From contig OZ001293.3 in the NCBI GenBank assembly GCA_963921275.4, positions 5,408,001-5,472,000 of the forward strand: 64,000 nucleotides of DNA. The letters run 5' to 3'. The notes under the pieces are model-generated. The model had not been told where the DNA came from, made no database searches, and saw only the letters and a program-made list of their open reading frames with translations. This stretch comes from an uncultured Hormoscilla sp. GTDB lineage: Bacteria > Cyanobacteriota > Cyanobacteriia > Cyanobacteriales > Desertifilaceae. A program made the position numbers and the translations under genes. Within the stretch, counting starts at the first letter, position 1. Every line of letters begins with the position of its first letter. Positions 31,968 to 42,486 of this stretch are shown here, in pieces.

Positions 31968-32256
31968 GAAGTCGTTTGACAACTGGGGGCGGATTTTGAT
32001 CGTACTCTTCCTGTGCTTTCCTCGCGTACTCAATCCAATTATATAGGTACTTGCCTACAGTTTCTTTATCGTGCAGGTAGTAGAGAATTGTCGCATAAAC
32101 AGATTCCAAATTTAGGGTTGAATACATAGACGCGATCGCCTCTGGAGATTTGCCGTTATAGAGGTATTCGTCCAGAACCGTTTCTATCCCAACGCGGGTT
32201 CCTTCGATCCGAATGTCATCGGGTCCTAGAAATTAAAAATAGTCTTCTAATTGCAT
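31918..32256 (-). pseudogene. DUF433 family protein with an early in-frame stop
   Basis: MQLEDYF*FLGPDDIRIEGTRVGIETVL...VYATILYYLH. Confidence 0.8.
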
Positions 32257-32341
32257 CGCCCCCTCCTTTTTACAATTGTTAATGGAAGATTGTTAATCAT
32301 TAATTCTCCATTAAAAATTCACCATTGACAATTCACCATTC

Positions 32342-34360
32342 TCAAAGAGTTGATTCCAGGATATGTTGGAAATGAACTACATCTTGGCGGGGGTCGACGT
32401 AAGTTACCTTCAGTTCGATCCGATCGCCCGGTTCGACAGAATTAGTAAAACGCATGCCCAACTCCAGACCCAGTTCTTCCAATAATACTAGGGCCAGATT
32501 ATCATCTTCTCGCAGCCAGCGCAGCACTAATCCTTGCCACACCCGATCGGGATTACGTCGCAGATATTCCAAACCCCAATAGCGATTTGTCTGGCGTTCT
32601 ACCCAGACCGCTTCCTGGGCGATCGGGCCAATACTGACCATCACTTCTCGCAGCTGTTCTTCGGAAAAAGGCGGGGGTTCTCCGCGCAAATGGGCCTTCA
32701 ATTGAAAATGAGTCAAGAGGTCAGTATAGCGGCGGATAGGGGAGGTTACCTGAGTGTAGCAATCCAAGCCTAAACTAGCATGACGAGTCGGCGTGATACT
32801 CATTTCACTTTTCGGCATGCAGCGGCGGATGGCAGAGGCCCGGACTGGTCCAGCTGGTAATAGTAGCAGTTCTTCTGCTGGAGGCAACTCCGGTTGCGGT
32901 TGACCCCGAAAGGGTAAGAGGAGATTGTGGGTTTGACCGTAGCGGGCCGCTACTTCACCCCCCAGAATCATCATTTCGGCCACGGTGCGCCGGGACACCG
33001 AGTCTTCTAAGACCTCGATGGTGATTTCATCATCTTTGACTTTAATTGACGCCTCTGGCATGGAGATATTGATCGCCCCTTGAGAGTCACGCCATTGCTT
33101 GCGCAGTTGCGCTAAGGAGGCGATCGCCTCTATTTCCGGTTCCGCCTTTACCCCCAGTTGCAGCATTTCATCGACCTCATCGTAGGTGAGGCGATAGGTT
33201 GGTTTAATCAGGCTAGCGTGGATGCTATAATCTTGCACGGCCCCTGTCTCATCCAAGACCACGCCAAAGCTGACCGCACAGCAAATTTTCCCCTGAACCA
33301 GACTCATCGGGCCCGTTGCCATCTCTCCGGGAAACATGGGAATCATGCCCGTCGGCAGATACATCGTCGTTCCCCGGCGTCTCGCTTCCAAGTCCAACTC
33401 ATCTCCTGGGGATATCCATCGGGTCGGGTCAGCAATATGGATCCACAGTCGCTGCTGACCATCGGACAACTCTTCCCAACTCAAACCGTCATCTATTTCC
33501 TTCGTGCTTTCATCATCAATGGTGTACACCTTGAGATGGGTGAGGTCTAAGCGATTAGTGTCTAGATCCGCAGGCGTTGCATTCAGATAGCATTGAACCA
33601 CTTCCAGTACCTTTGTAGAGAACTCTGTTGGTATTTGACTCCGCCGCAGAAACAGGTTTTCATGAAGACTCCACACACCTAATTGAACCAATAGATCGAA
33701 AGCTGCTTGGGGGGTTTGCGGGCGTTCTAGGATACTCAGAGTTTCCGTCGCCACCGGGGCCGGTTTGAAACCCTCTGTTACCCCGCCCTTGGCCGCTAAC
33801 TGTTCTAAGGCTTCTAAACGGGGGCGATCGCTACTTTCCCACTCTACTACCTCACCTGTTAATGCCTGCTGCAGGCGAGTCAAAAATTCCTGGGACTCCT
33901 GCTGGCGCTGCTTTTCCACCTCCTGCTGGTGCTTTAGTTCCGCCACCATCGCTACGGAACGCGGTTCGTAGCGATCGCCCTTTTGTTTGAAATACAATTT
34001 ATCCGTACAGAGCATACAATAGGCTGCATAGCATTGGGCAGGACTTTGCTCTGAAAATAGCAGCTGTGCCATCTCTTGGGGGTCGATCGCTTCCGCATCT
34101 TCCACCAGTAACTCCCAGGCCACTTCTATACTTGAGGGGTCTATGTAACCTTCTACTTCCCCCATGAAGCCCGCTATTTCTGCCGGTTTATATGTCTCCC
34201 CCTCCACCTCATAGCTTACCTGCTGCGGTTTGATCGAATGGGCCTGACCTCGTTCATCTACCACGATCCAGTTTTTTTTGCCCTCTGGACGGTCTGCTAC
34301 TGCCAGACGCCGGTCTCCTTGCAGCCTAAATTCTATCAGCCTTCCCTTTTCCAGAGCCAT
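32342..34360 (-). CDS. rnb: Ribonuclease II (RNB domain)
   Basis: TIDDESTKEIDDGLS, HIADP, HASLGLDCYTQVTSPIRRYTDL. Confidence 0.93.
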   Translation of the reverse strand: MALEKGRLIEFRLQGDRRLAVADRPEGKKNWIVVDERGQAHSIKPQQVSYEVEGETYKPAEIAGFMGEVEGYIDPSSIEVAWELLVEDAEAIDPQEMAQLLFSEQSPAQCYAAYCMLCTDKLYFKQKGDRYEPRSVAMVAELKHQQEVEKQRQQESQEFLTRLQQALTGEVVEWESSDRPRLEALEQLAAKGGVTEGFKPAPVATETLSILERPQTPQAAFDLLVQLGVWSLHENLFLRRSQIPTEFSTKVLEVVQCYLNATPADLDTNRLDLTHLKVYTIDDESTKEIDDGLSWEELSDGQQRLWIHIADPTRWISPGDELDLEARRRGTTMYLPTGMIPMFPGEMATGPMSLVQGKICCAVSFGVVLDETGAVQDYSIHASLIKPTYRLTYDEVDEMLQLGVKAEPEIEAIASLAQLRKQWRDSQGAINISMPEASIKVKDDEITIEVLEDSVSRRTVAEMMILGGEVAARYGQTHNLLLPFRGQPQPELPPAEELLLLPAGPVRASAIRRCMPKSEMSITPTRHASLGLDCYTQVTSPIRRYTDLLTHFQLKAHLRGEPPPFSEEQLREVMVSIGPIAQEAVWVERQTNRYWGLEYLRRNPDRVWQGLVLRWLREDDNLALVLLEELGLELGMRFTNSVEPGDRIELKVTYVDPRQDVVHFQHILESTL

Positions 34361-34513
34361 TTTCTAGTTAGCCATAGCGTTTGCCACTAGCTTAGCCCAA
34401 TTTGGGATTTTCTCTTGTCAGTTGTTGGTTGTCAGTTGTTGGTTGTCAGTTGACCGTCTATAGCCTTTGGTGGGCCGTGCCCTAGATTCTTTGGTGGGCC
34501 GTGCCCTCTTCTA

Positions 34514-34732
34514 TTACGCTTCTTTATTCACGAATGGCAACAGTGCCATTATTCTAGCACGCTTGATTGCTTGAGTCAAGTCTCTTTGTTGCTTACAAGT
34601 CAGACCCGTTATCCGGCGCGGCAATATTTTTCCCCGTTCGGTTATATATTTCCGCAACAGATCTACATCTTTATAGTCGATCGGATCTTTTGGTGAAATG
34701 GGGGAAACGCGGTTACGATAGAAACCTGCCAT
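34514..34732 (-). CDS. rpsR: 30S ribosomal protein S18
   Basis: [26 protein letters not shown]. Confidence 0.98.
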   Translation of the reverse strand: MAGFYRNRVSPISPKDPIDYKDVDLLRKYITERGKILPRRITGLTCKQQRDLTQAIKRARIMALLPFVNKEA

Positions 34733-34782
34733 ATCAGTTGTCCTTTGCTAATTGTCAATTCCTAGGGGTAGTACAGACTATA

Positions 34783-34980
34783 CTACTTGATTTCCTTGTG
34801 GACCGTGTGCTTGTTACAGTGGGTACAGAACTTTTTCAGTTCTAACCGGGCTGTGGTGTTACGGCGATTCTTGGTGGTGGTGTACCGGGATACTCCTTTC
34901 GATCGCTTATCAGTGTTAGTGCGACACTCAGTGCATTCGAGGGTCACGACCAGACGGACATCCTTACCCTTTTTTGCCAT
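34783..34980 (-). CDS. rpmG: 50S ribosomal protein L33
   Basis: LECTEC...[24 protein letters not shown]. Confidence 0.98.
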   Translation of the reverse strand: MAKKGKDVRLVVTLECTECRTNTDKRSKGVSRYTTTKNRRNTTARLELKKFCTHCNKHTVHKEIK

Positions 34981-35014
34981 TTTCCCTTTTTGGTCTAGAA
35001 TTTAACGCAATTTC

Positions 35015-35542
35015 TCATTTTCGCACATCCCGATTAAAATCGGCAAATAATCTTTTCAGTCTCAGGTCGAGGGAGTAACCCCGGCGGGTGCCGACTACAA
35101 TAGTATCGGCGATCTGGTCGTGGAAAGCTTGCCTGAGTTCCCGATCGACATAGGCAAAACCACAGTCTACCAGCAAAGGAATCACCAGCAGGAGGGCCCA
35201 GGCATTCACGGGAGAAAGGTAGGAAATGCCAATCAGAGCTAACATGGCCCCAGTCCCGAGGATGCCCTCCCGCTGGCATAACTCTATAATACCGGGAACT
35301 CTACCGTATTGGGGGTCTACAACCTTCAGATCCAGAGCATAGCGTCATGGGAGACGATGGCCTTTATTTTTGGCCGCGACGATTACCCGCATGCTCAACC
35401 AGGCTAGGATAAATGCTGGTACGAGCAGATTGGCCAAAAATAAGCTTAGCAGTCCTGCGAGGAAAAAGTCAATGCCAAAGGCGGCACTCCGACGCCACAG
35501 CGGTACTCTGGGAAGGCGAGTATAAGCCAGTTCATTCAGCAT
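35015..35542 (-). pseudogene. RDD family membrane protein with an in-frame stop at 35345-35347
   Basis: PLWRRSAAFGID; KNKGHRLP*RYALDLKVVD; RQAFHDQIA. Confidence 0.8.
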
Positions 35543-35565
35543 CTTGGGAATTACGAACTATAAAA

Positions 35566-36801
35566 ATGTTACCAGTATTTCAAGCGGAAACGATCATTTT
35601 AGACTTGGTGCAACCCCTGTCCGGACAGGAGGATGTAGAAGTATTAAACTCGCCTGATGTCAGGGGTCGCATTTTAGCTGCCCCGGTAAGCAGTAATCTG
35701 GACTTTCCCCACTGGGATAACTCGGCGATGGACGGGTATGCGGTGCGGTTTGCGGATGTAAGCAGTTGCAGTGCCGAACATCCTGCTGTCTTAGAAGTTG
35801 TCGAAGAAATTCCCGCAGGATATCAGCCTCAACGTACCATTGGCCGGGGACAAGCAGCCATAATTTTGACTGGTTCGATGATGCCCGATGGTGCGGATAC
35901 GGTGGTAATGCAGGAAGAAACGAAACGAGAGGGTACGCGCTTGTTTATCTTCTCTTCTCCAGAGTCGCCGCAAGCATTTGTACGACATCAAGGCGCTTTT
36001 TACCAGGCGGGAAACCCCTTGTTAATGCCAGGAATAGCTTTAAATGCCCCGGAAATTGCGGTGCTAGCAGCGGCCCAATGTACCCAAGTTCCCGTTTACA
36101 GGCGTCTCCGAGTAGGGATTTTATCTACGGGTAGCGAGTTGGTAAGGCTAGAACAACCTTTACAACCCGGTCATATTGTAGATTCTAATCAATATGCTTT
36201 GGCAGCTTTAGTCCGGCAGGCGGGTGCTATTCCCCAAATGTTAGGTATTGTCCCAGACGATCGGGAGGCAATTCAAGAGGAGATCGGGTCGATCTTGCCC
36301 GAGGTTGATATGGTACTATCATCTGGGGGAGTTTCCGTGGGAGATTACGACTATGTAGAGCAAATATTATCAACTCTGGGGGCAGAAATTCAAATTCAAT
36401 CTGTTGCGATCAAACCAGGCAAACCTCTGACAGTAGCAACATTCAAGCAACCCCATTTTGTGTTATACTTTGGTTTGCCAGGAAACCCCGTATCCGCTTT
36501 GGTAAGTTTTTGGCGGTTTGTTCGACCGGCAATTAAAAAAATGTCAGGACTGGCCCGAGGATACTTACCAGAGTTTGTCCAGGCGGTGACCCAGAATGAA
36601 TTGCGTGCAGGTGGCAAACGAGAAACCTATCTGTGGGGGACATTGCATTTGTCAGAGAGTGAATGTGAATTTGAGTTGGCAACAGGCAGTCATAGTTCTG
36701 GTAATTTGATTAATCTAGCAGGAACGAATGCTTTAGCAGTTGTGCCAGTGGGAGAACGGGCGATCGGGCCGGGTTCTGTAGTGCGGGTGTTACGCATGTA
36801 G
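35566..36801 (+). CDS. moeA: Molybdopterin molybdenumtransferase
   Basis: DNSAMDGYAV, GADTVVMQE, STGSEL, SSGGVSVGDYD, IKPGKP, GLPGNPVS. Confidence 0.96.
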   Translation: MLPVFQAETIILDLVQPLSGQEDVEVLNSPDVRGRILAAPVSSNLDFPHWDNSAMDGYAVRFADVSSCSAEHPAVLEVVEEIPAGYQPQRTIGRGQAAIILTGSMMPDGADTVVMQEETKREGTRLFIFSSPESPQAFVRHQGAFYQAGNPLLMPGIALNAPEIAVLAAAQCTQVPVYRRLRVGILSTGSELVRLEQPLQPGHIVDSNQYALAALVRQAGAIPQMLGIVPDDREAIQEEIGSILPEVDMVLSSGGVSVGDYDYVEQILSTLGAEIQIQSVAIKPGKPLTVATFKQPHFVLYFGLPGNPVSALVSFWRFVRPAIKKMSGLARGYLPEFVQAVTQNELRAGGKRETYLWGTLHLSESECEFELATGSHSSGNLINLAGTNALAVVPVGERAIGPGSVVRVLRM

Positions 36802-36911
36802 GGCACCGCCCACCATCCCGGTAGAGATAAGGAAAAATGGTGTCATAGCTAAAATATCAAGCAAGCATGAAAAATAATGCTTAACTTGAGTTAACAGAGG
36901 AAGGGAAAGCA

Positions 36912-37808
36912 ATGAAAAAGATCATAGACTGGAGTAAGCCTGTGGTTTGCTGGACAATAGTGGCGATCGCCTCCATGCAGGGGACTGCGTTGAGTCAAGT
37001 CCAGAGGGTAGCGGTATCCCCTGGGAGCTTGATGTCCCCCGGACGCACTCCGATGCCTTCGGGATGCTTCGCAAAAACCCCGAAGGCATCGTCGAAACCC
37101 GGGAGACATCATCTGAGCACTACCCAGGGGGATACCGCACAGGCATTTCCGGGAAAATGTGCGATGGCGAGAGAGGAGATATTTGTGTACAACTCCCCTG
37201 CTACCTCGGGACGGAGAATTAGAAGTCTGCGTCCGGAAGAACAGGTCGCGTTGGTAGATGAGGGGATAAATGGATGGATAGCGATCAATTCTCCGATCAA
37301 GGGGTTCGTACAGATAAAAGACCTGAAACCATGCAGCCCGATCGGGGAATGCCGGGCTGCCAAACAGGGGATATTTGTGTACGACAAACCTGACAGTTCG
37401 GGACGAAAAATTAGAAGCATACTGACTAACGAAGAAGTTACCATTGCCGGGACGAATGAGAATGGTTGGATAGCGATTAGTTCTCCGGCGAACGGGTTTG
37501 TCCAGACGGTGGACCTGAAAAGCTGCGAGGGAGGCAATCGGCCCCCTGGGGAGAATACAGGATCCTGTCGCCGAGTTACAGACCTTGTGGGTCAGGGACT
37601 GAATATCCGGGCACAACCAAATACTGAATCTGATATTATCGGATCGTTGTTTGCAGGAGATATAGTCAGACTCAAAAGCACCGAGAACAGGGTAGATCCA
37701 ACGGGGCGGAACTGGGTGGCGATCGCATCCCCTTAAGAAGGGTGGATATCTGAGGGGTTCCGGGACTCCGAGAGGAGAAATCTGGAAGCGGCTGCTTGTC
37801 CGCGTTAA
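36912..37808 (+). pseudogene. Secreted multi-SH3b-domain protein with an in-frame mini-element and a premature stop at 37734
   Basis: Signal peptide, three GWIAI.SP..GFV-type repeats, GLNIRAQPN; frame continues EGWISEG after TAA. Confidence 0.75.
37011..37138. repeat. Triply nested hairpin mini-element, in frame
   Basis: GCGGTATCCCCTGGG / CCCAGGGGGATACCGC encloses TGATGTCCCCCGG / CCGGGAGACATCA, which encloses CGATGCCTTCGGG / CCCGAAGGCATCG. Confidence 0.85.
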
Positions 37809-37839
37809 TTCCAGTATGTTAAAAAGGATCGGATATAAG

Positions 37840-38326
37840 ATGAGCAAAACGGTTTCAGGCGTTAGCGTCAAAGCCATCAATAGGGAGGAAAAGCAAAAAG
37901 CAGTTGGGAGAGTACAAGGTTCTCCTGATCGTGAATTTGGCTTCCTACTGCGGTTACACTCCTCAATACAAAGGACTAGAAGCTTTGAACCAGAAGTATG
38001 CCGATGGGGGTTTGCGGGTCCTGGGGTTCCCCTGCAACGACTATGGCGATCGGGAACCAAAAAGCAATCCCGAAATTCTGGAGTTTGCTACTAAAAACTA
38101 TGGCGTCACCTTTGAACTGTTTGACAAGGTGCATGCAAAAGGTTCCGAACAGCATCCGCTTTATGCTATACTGACCAAAGCTGTAGAACCAACGGTCGAT
38201 GTAGCAGAGAATTTTGAGAAGCTTTTGGTGAGTAAACAAGGTGAAGTCGTGGCGCGATTTAACAGCGGTGCCAGTCCCGACTCCTCAGAATTGATTGCCG
38301 CGATAGAGCAAGAGTTTGCTTCATAG
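37840..38326 (+). pseudogene. Glutathione peroxidase family, frameshifted by a 7-bp duplication near 37890
   Basis: VNLASYCGYTPQY, LGFPCNDYG, NFEKLLV; AAAAGCA duplicated. Confidence 0.85.
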
Positions 38327-38339
38327 TCTGACATAATAA

Positions 38340-38431
38340 TAGACCTCTTGCAAAAGTAGATTTAGGCTACGCAATAGCAATACTTTCAGCATCCCGTTTG
38401 GATCCATTTTGGCATTTATGCAAGAGGTCTA
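38340..38431. mobile_element. MITE
   Basis: TIRs TAGACCTCTTGCA / TGCAAGAGGTCTA about 90 bp apart. Confidence 0.8.
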
Positions 38432-38439
38432 CTATATAT

Positions 38440-39370
38440 AACTCAAGTTGCTACCTATTAAAAAAAAATGTATTACCCACTTAGAGATTTCCGATATTTG
38501 TGTTTTTTGGTAGTCACAGAAATATATTATTTTTATGCTATCAGTAGCCATCCCTGTTTATAGGTTATAATGTACTAAAATAACAGTTGATTGCGGTAGA
38601 TTATGGAAAATATGATTATAACAATTTTTGTTCTTGGCGATGAACTGCTAAAAGCACTCAATATCAAAGAAGATCCACAAGTAAAAATGAATAATGCGGA
38701 GGTGATGACAGTAGGATTAGTTGCTGCTTATTTTTGGGAGGGCGCTCGTCAATTTATGGCAGAACATAACTAGATCAAAAATCTGTCAAGTAAAAGTAGG
38801 TTTAATCGTCGAAAACATAAGATTGATGAAACAATTGTATGGGAGTTTATTTCAAGCAATGGCTCAATCATTCGCTAAATCCGGGTCAAGAATATATTAT
38901 CGATAGTTTCCCTGTGCCAGGATGTGACAACACGATCGATGTAAAATTTATACAGAAGAAGAATATAGAGGATATATCGCCAGCAAAAAACGTTATTTTT
39001 ATTGAGAGTTCATATGTTAGTCAACAAAACTGGTAAACCAATAGAATTTTATTTTGCTCCTGGTAGTTGTAATGATGCGAAAATTATCCAATTGCTTTGA
39101 TTTGCCATCAAAAGTTTATGGAGACAAAATTTATAACAATTATCAAGATTTACTAAAAGAGTCAATGAATATAATGTTCAAACATTTGCGTAAAAAGAAC
39201 GCGGGTTCAATATGTACAGAACGTAACTAGAAAACAAGTAGGAACATGCTTTAGTCGAATAACTAATTTGTTTCCTAAGTCCTGCTGTTACATCCAAAGG
39301 GTTCGAGTTAAAATTAATTCTCTTTATCATAGCTTTTTGTGTTCAATTTTTATAGGTCGCAACTTAAGTT
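38440..39370 (+). mobile_element. Decayed IS982-family element
   Basis: IRs AACTCAAGTTGCTACCTAT / ATAGGTCGCAACTTAAGTT with TATATA flanks; remnants KMNNAEVMTVGLVAAYF, IIDSFPVPGCDN. Confidence 0.8.
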
Positions 39371-39655
39371 ATATATATTAGGGTAGGTGAGCGGCAGGCG
39401 GAGTTTGCAGCCTGGTAACCCACCCACTGGAAAGCCCTAGTGTATGGGGTGGCGCTTGGCATGGAACATTCGGGAAGTCTAGAGGTCTAATGTAAATAGA
39501 CAAGTCCCAGGGGCCGCCGAGGGGTCAAACCCAAAGGCCTTGGGAGCATCTCACTTTTGCATTTTTGCAACAATTATCGCTAATGGCTAATTGCTAATGG
39601 CTAATGGAGAATTGTTTGATTTCACCCACTTTGCCTGCCCAACCTTTCGGAGTCT

Positions 39656-40526
39656 GTGCGATTCGTTCTAGCCTAACGTGGTCAAACACGGAACGCTAGC
39701 CCGGTTTCATTAGCCGGGAACTCTGACCGCATGGGGGTTAAATTCCTCTCCCCCCAGGTACGGGGGTGACACCGGTCCTCGGTGCTACGAAGCGACATCA
39801 TCGTGGTGCTAAGCGAGGACTCAAATGTAGGATAACTGGCAGCCTAAGCCGGTGACGCCGCTAGGAAAGATATCCAAGGTTAGAGCAGGCAAACATGTGC
39901 AAGCCTCGTTATAAGGAACCAGCGAAATAAGGCTATATGCGCTGGCCTAAAAAGGAAATGGTAGCTAGTATTAGTTTTAGACTCTGGCTAATATAGTACT
40001 CAAATAGCTCCCGGGGTATAGTGTGGACCTAAAGGTATCGCGAAATGTTGTTAGGGAACGAAGTAACCTCTCGTGTGCTGTCCATCAGGACAAGTTAGAT
40101 GTTAAGCGCAAGCCACGGGGGGAGGGATGGCCCAAGAAGCGAATGCCCGGGGTAATTCCTGGGATAACATCTACAGTAATGTAGATGATGCTGGGTAGCC
40201 AGCGCTGACGTGGGTCGGTGATACTAGGAAGCTGCTGGAATGAGTAATCCTAAAAAGCCACGGAACTAATCCGAAACGCAAGTGGAGGATAAGGTATGGA
40301 TAACTGGTAAAACTGACTTGAAAATGGTGATACTAACGGTTATCAGAACAACCACTCGCTAAACCAGGAAAGGGAAGAAAAGACAGGCGGCAAGGGCTAA
40401 CGGAAGTAATTCCTATTAAGTCTACCTATGAAAAGGGCCTAGTACCCAGTAGCCGGATGCGGTGAAAATCGCAAGTCCGGTTCCGAAAGGGAGGGTCGGG
40501 AAGCGATTCCCGGCTCGACCCCATCC
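39656..40526 (+). ncRNA. ORF-less group II intron, copy B1
   Basis: GTGCG...CGACCCCATCC, near-identical to copy A; preceded by GAGTCT, complementary to the putative EBS1 AGACTC. Confidence 0.93.
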
Positions 40527-41396
40527 GTGCGATTCGTTCTAGCCTAACGTGGTCAAACACGGAACGCTAGCCCGGTTTCATTAGCCGGGAACTCTGACCG
40601 CATGGGGGTTAAATTCCCCTCCCCCCAGGTACGGGGGTGACACCGGTCCTCGGTGCTACGAAGCGACATCATCGTGGTGCTAAGCGAGGACTCAAATGTA
40701 GGATAACTGGCAGCCTAAGCCGGTGACGCCGCTAGGAAAGATATCCAAGGTTAGAGCAGGCAAACATGTGCAAGCCTCGTTATAAGGAACCAGCGAAATA
40801 AGGCTATATGCGCTGGCCTAAAAAGGAAATGGTAGCTAGTATTAGTTTTAGACTCTGGCTAATATAGTACTCAAATAGCTCCCGGGGTATAGTGTGGACC
40901 TAAAGGTATCGCGAAATGTTGTTAGGGAACGAAGTAACCTCTCGTGTGCTGTCCATCAGGACAAGTTAGATGTTAAGCGCAAGCCACGGGGGGAGGGATG
41001 GCCCAAGAAGCGAATGCCCGGGGTAATTCCTGGGATAACATCTACAGTAATGTAGATGATGCTGGGTAGCCAGCGCTGACGTGGGTCAGTGATACTAGGA
41101 AGCTGCTGGAATGAGTAATCCTAAAAAGCCACGGAACTAATCCGAAACGCAAGTGGAGGATAAGGTATGGATAACTGGTAAAACTGACTTGAAAATGGTG
41201 ATACTAACGGTTATCAGAACAACCACTCGCTAAACCAGGAAAGGGAAGAAAAGACAGGCGGCAAGGGCTAACGGAAGTAATTCCTATTAAGTCTACCTAT
41301 GAAAAGGGCCTAGTACCCAGTAGCCGGATGCGGTGAAAATCGCAAGTCCGGTTCCTCAAGGGAGGTCGGGAAGCGATTCCCGGCTCGACCCCATCC
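40527..41396 (+). ncRNA. ORF-less group II intron, copy B2
   Basis: Directly abuts B1 (CCCCATCC|GTGCG); one G missing in domain VI. Confidence 0.93.
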
Positions 41397-42268
41397 GTGC
41401 GATTCGTTCTAGCCTAACGTGGTCAAACACGGAACGCTAGCCCGGTTTCATTAGCCGGGAACTCTGACCGCATGGGGGTTAAATTCCCCTCCCCCCAGGT
41501 ACGGGGGTGACACCGGTCCTCGGTGCTACGAAGCGACATCATCGTGGTGCTAAGCGAGGACTCAAATGTAGGATAACTGGCAGCCTAAGCCGGTGACGCC
41601 GCTAGGAAAGATATCCAAGGTTAGAGCAGGCAAACATGTGCAAGCCTCGTTATAAGGAACCAGCGAAATAAGGCTATATGCGCTGGCCTAAAAAGGAAAT
41701 GGTAGCTAGTATTAGTTTTAGACTCTGGCTAATATAGTACTCAAATAGCTCCCGGGGTATAGTGTGGACCCTCAAGGTATCGCGAAATGTTGTTAGGGAA
41801 CGAAGTAACCTCTCGTGTGCTGTCCATCAGGACAAGTTAGATGTTAAGCGCAAGCCACGGGGGGAGGGATGGCCCAAGAAGCGAATGCCCGGGGTAATTC
41901 CTGGGATAACATCTACAGTAATGTAGATGATGCTGGGTAGCCAGCGCTGACGTGGGTCGGTGATACTAGGAAGCTGCTGGAATGAGTAATCCTAAAAAGC
42001 CACGGAACTAATCCGAAACGCAAGTGGAGGATAAGGTATGGATAACTGGTAAAACTGACTTGAAAATGGTGATACTAACGGTTATCAGAACAACCACTCG
42101 CTAAACCAGGAAAGGGAAGAAAAGACAGGCGGCAAGGGCTAACGGAAGTAATTCCTATTAAGTCTACCTATGAAAAGGGCCTAGTACCCAGTAGCCGGAT
42201 GCGGTGAAAATCGCAAGTCCGGTTCCTCAAGGGAGGGTCGGGAAGCGATTCCCGGCTCGACCCCATCC
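41397..42268 (+). ncRNA. ORF-less group II intron, copy B3
   Basis: Directly abuts B2; private variant GGACCCTCAAGG. Confidence 0.93.
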
Positions 42269-42486
42269 ATTTACAAATATGAGATGCACCCAAGGCTTTT
42301 AGCTAAAGTCTGTTTTCAACCGACTCAAAAATTTTCTCTGTTAAACGAGATACGAGCGTTCGGGTAAACAAATCATGACGGAACAAATGCGAGATGTCAA
42401 TTAGAAGAGACTCGCTATAGCAATTAGCAATAGCGCTACGCGCACTACATAAAAGCAATTAGCAATTCACAATTCACAATTCACAA

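Larger units (their letters stand above)
39542..42291. mobile_element. MITE (about 137 bp when empty) with ISKra4-like ends carrying the intron trimer
   Basis: Left GGGAGCATCTCACTTTTGCA and right AAATATGAGATGCACCC resemble the ends of 59781-61027; flanks AAGGCCTT / AAGGCTTT. Confidence 0.78.

Noticed and set aside
35413..35565. N-terminal extension of MoeA in the ORF track
   Set aside because: It overlaps the divergent RDD gene; MoeA-like sequence begins at ATG 35566
36891..38060. 389-aa minus-strand ORF
   Set aside because: Antisense to the SH3b and peroxidase genes; implausible composition
40521..40531. Intron homing into its own 3' end through EBS1
   Set aside because: CCATCC pairs at only about 2 of 6 positions with putative EBS1 AGACTC
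41768..41777. Recurrent change toward CCTCAAG among intron copies as a directed mutation process
   Set aside because: Only two sites; cannot be separated from chance or basecalling error
39656..42268. Trimer as a pure assembly artefact
   Set aside because: Each unit has private differences and the junctions fall exactly at intron boundaries; not favoured, though read-level confirmation is still needed
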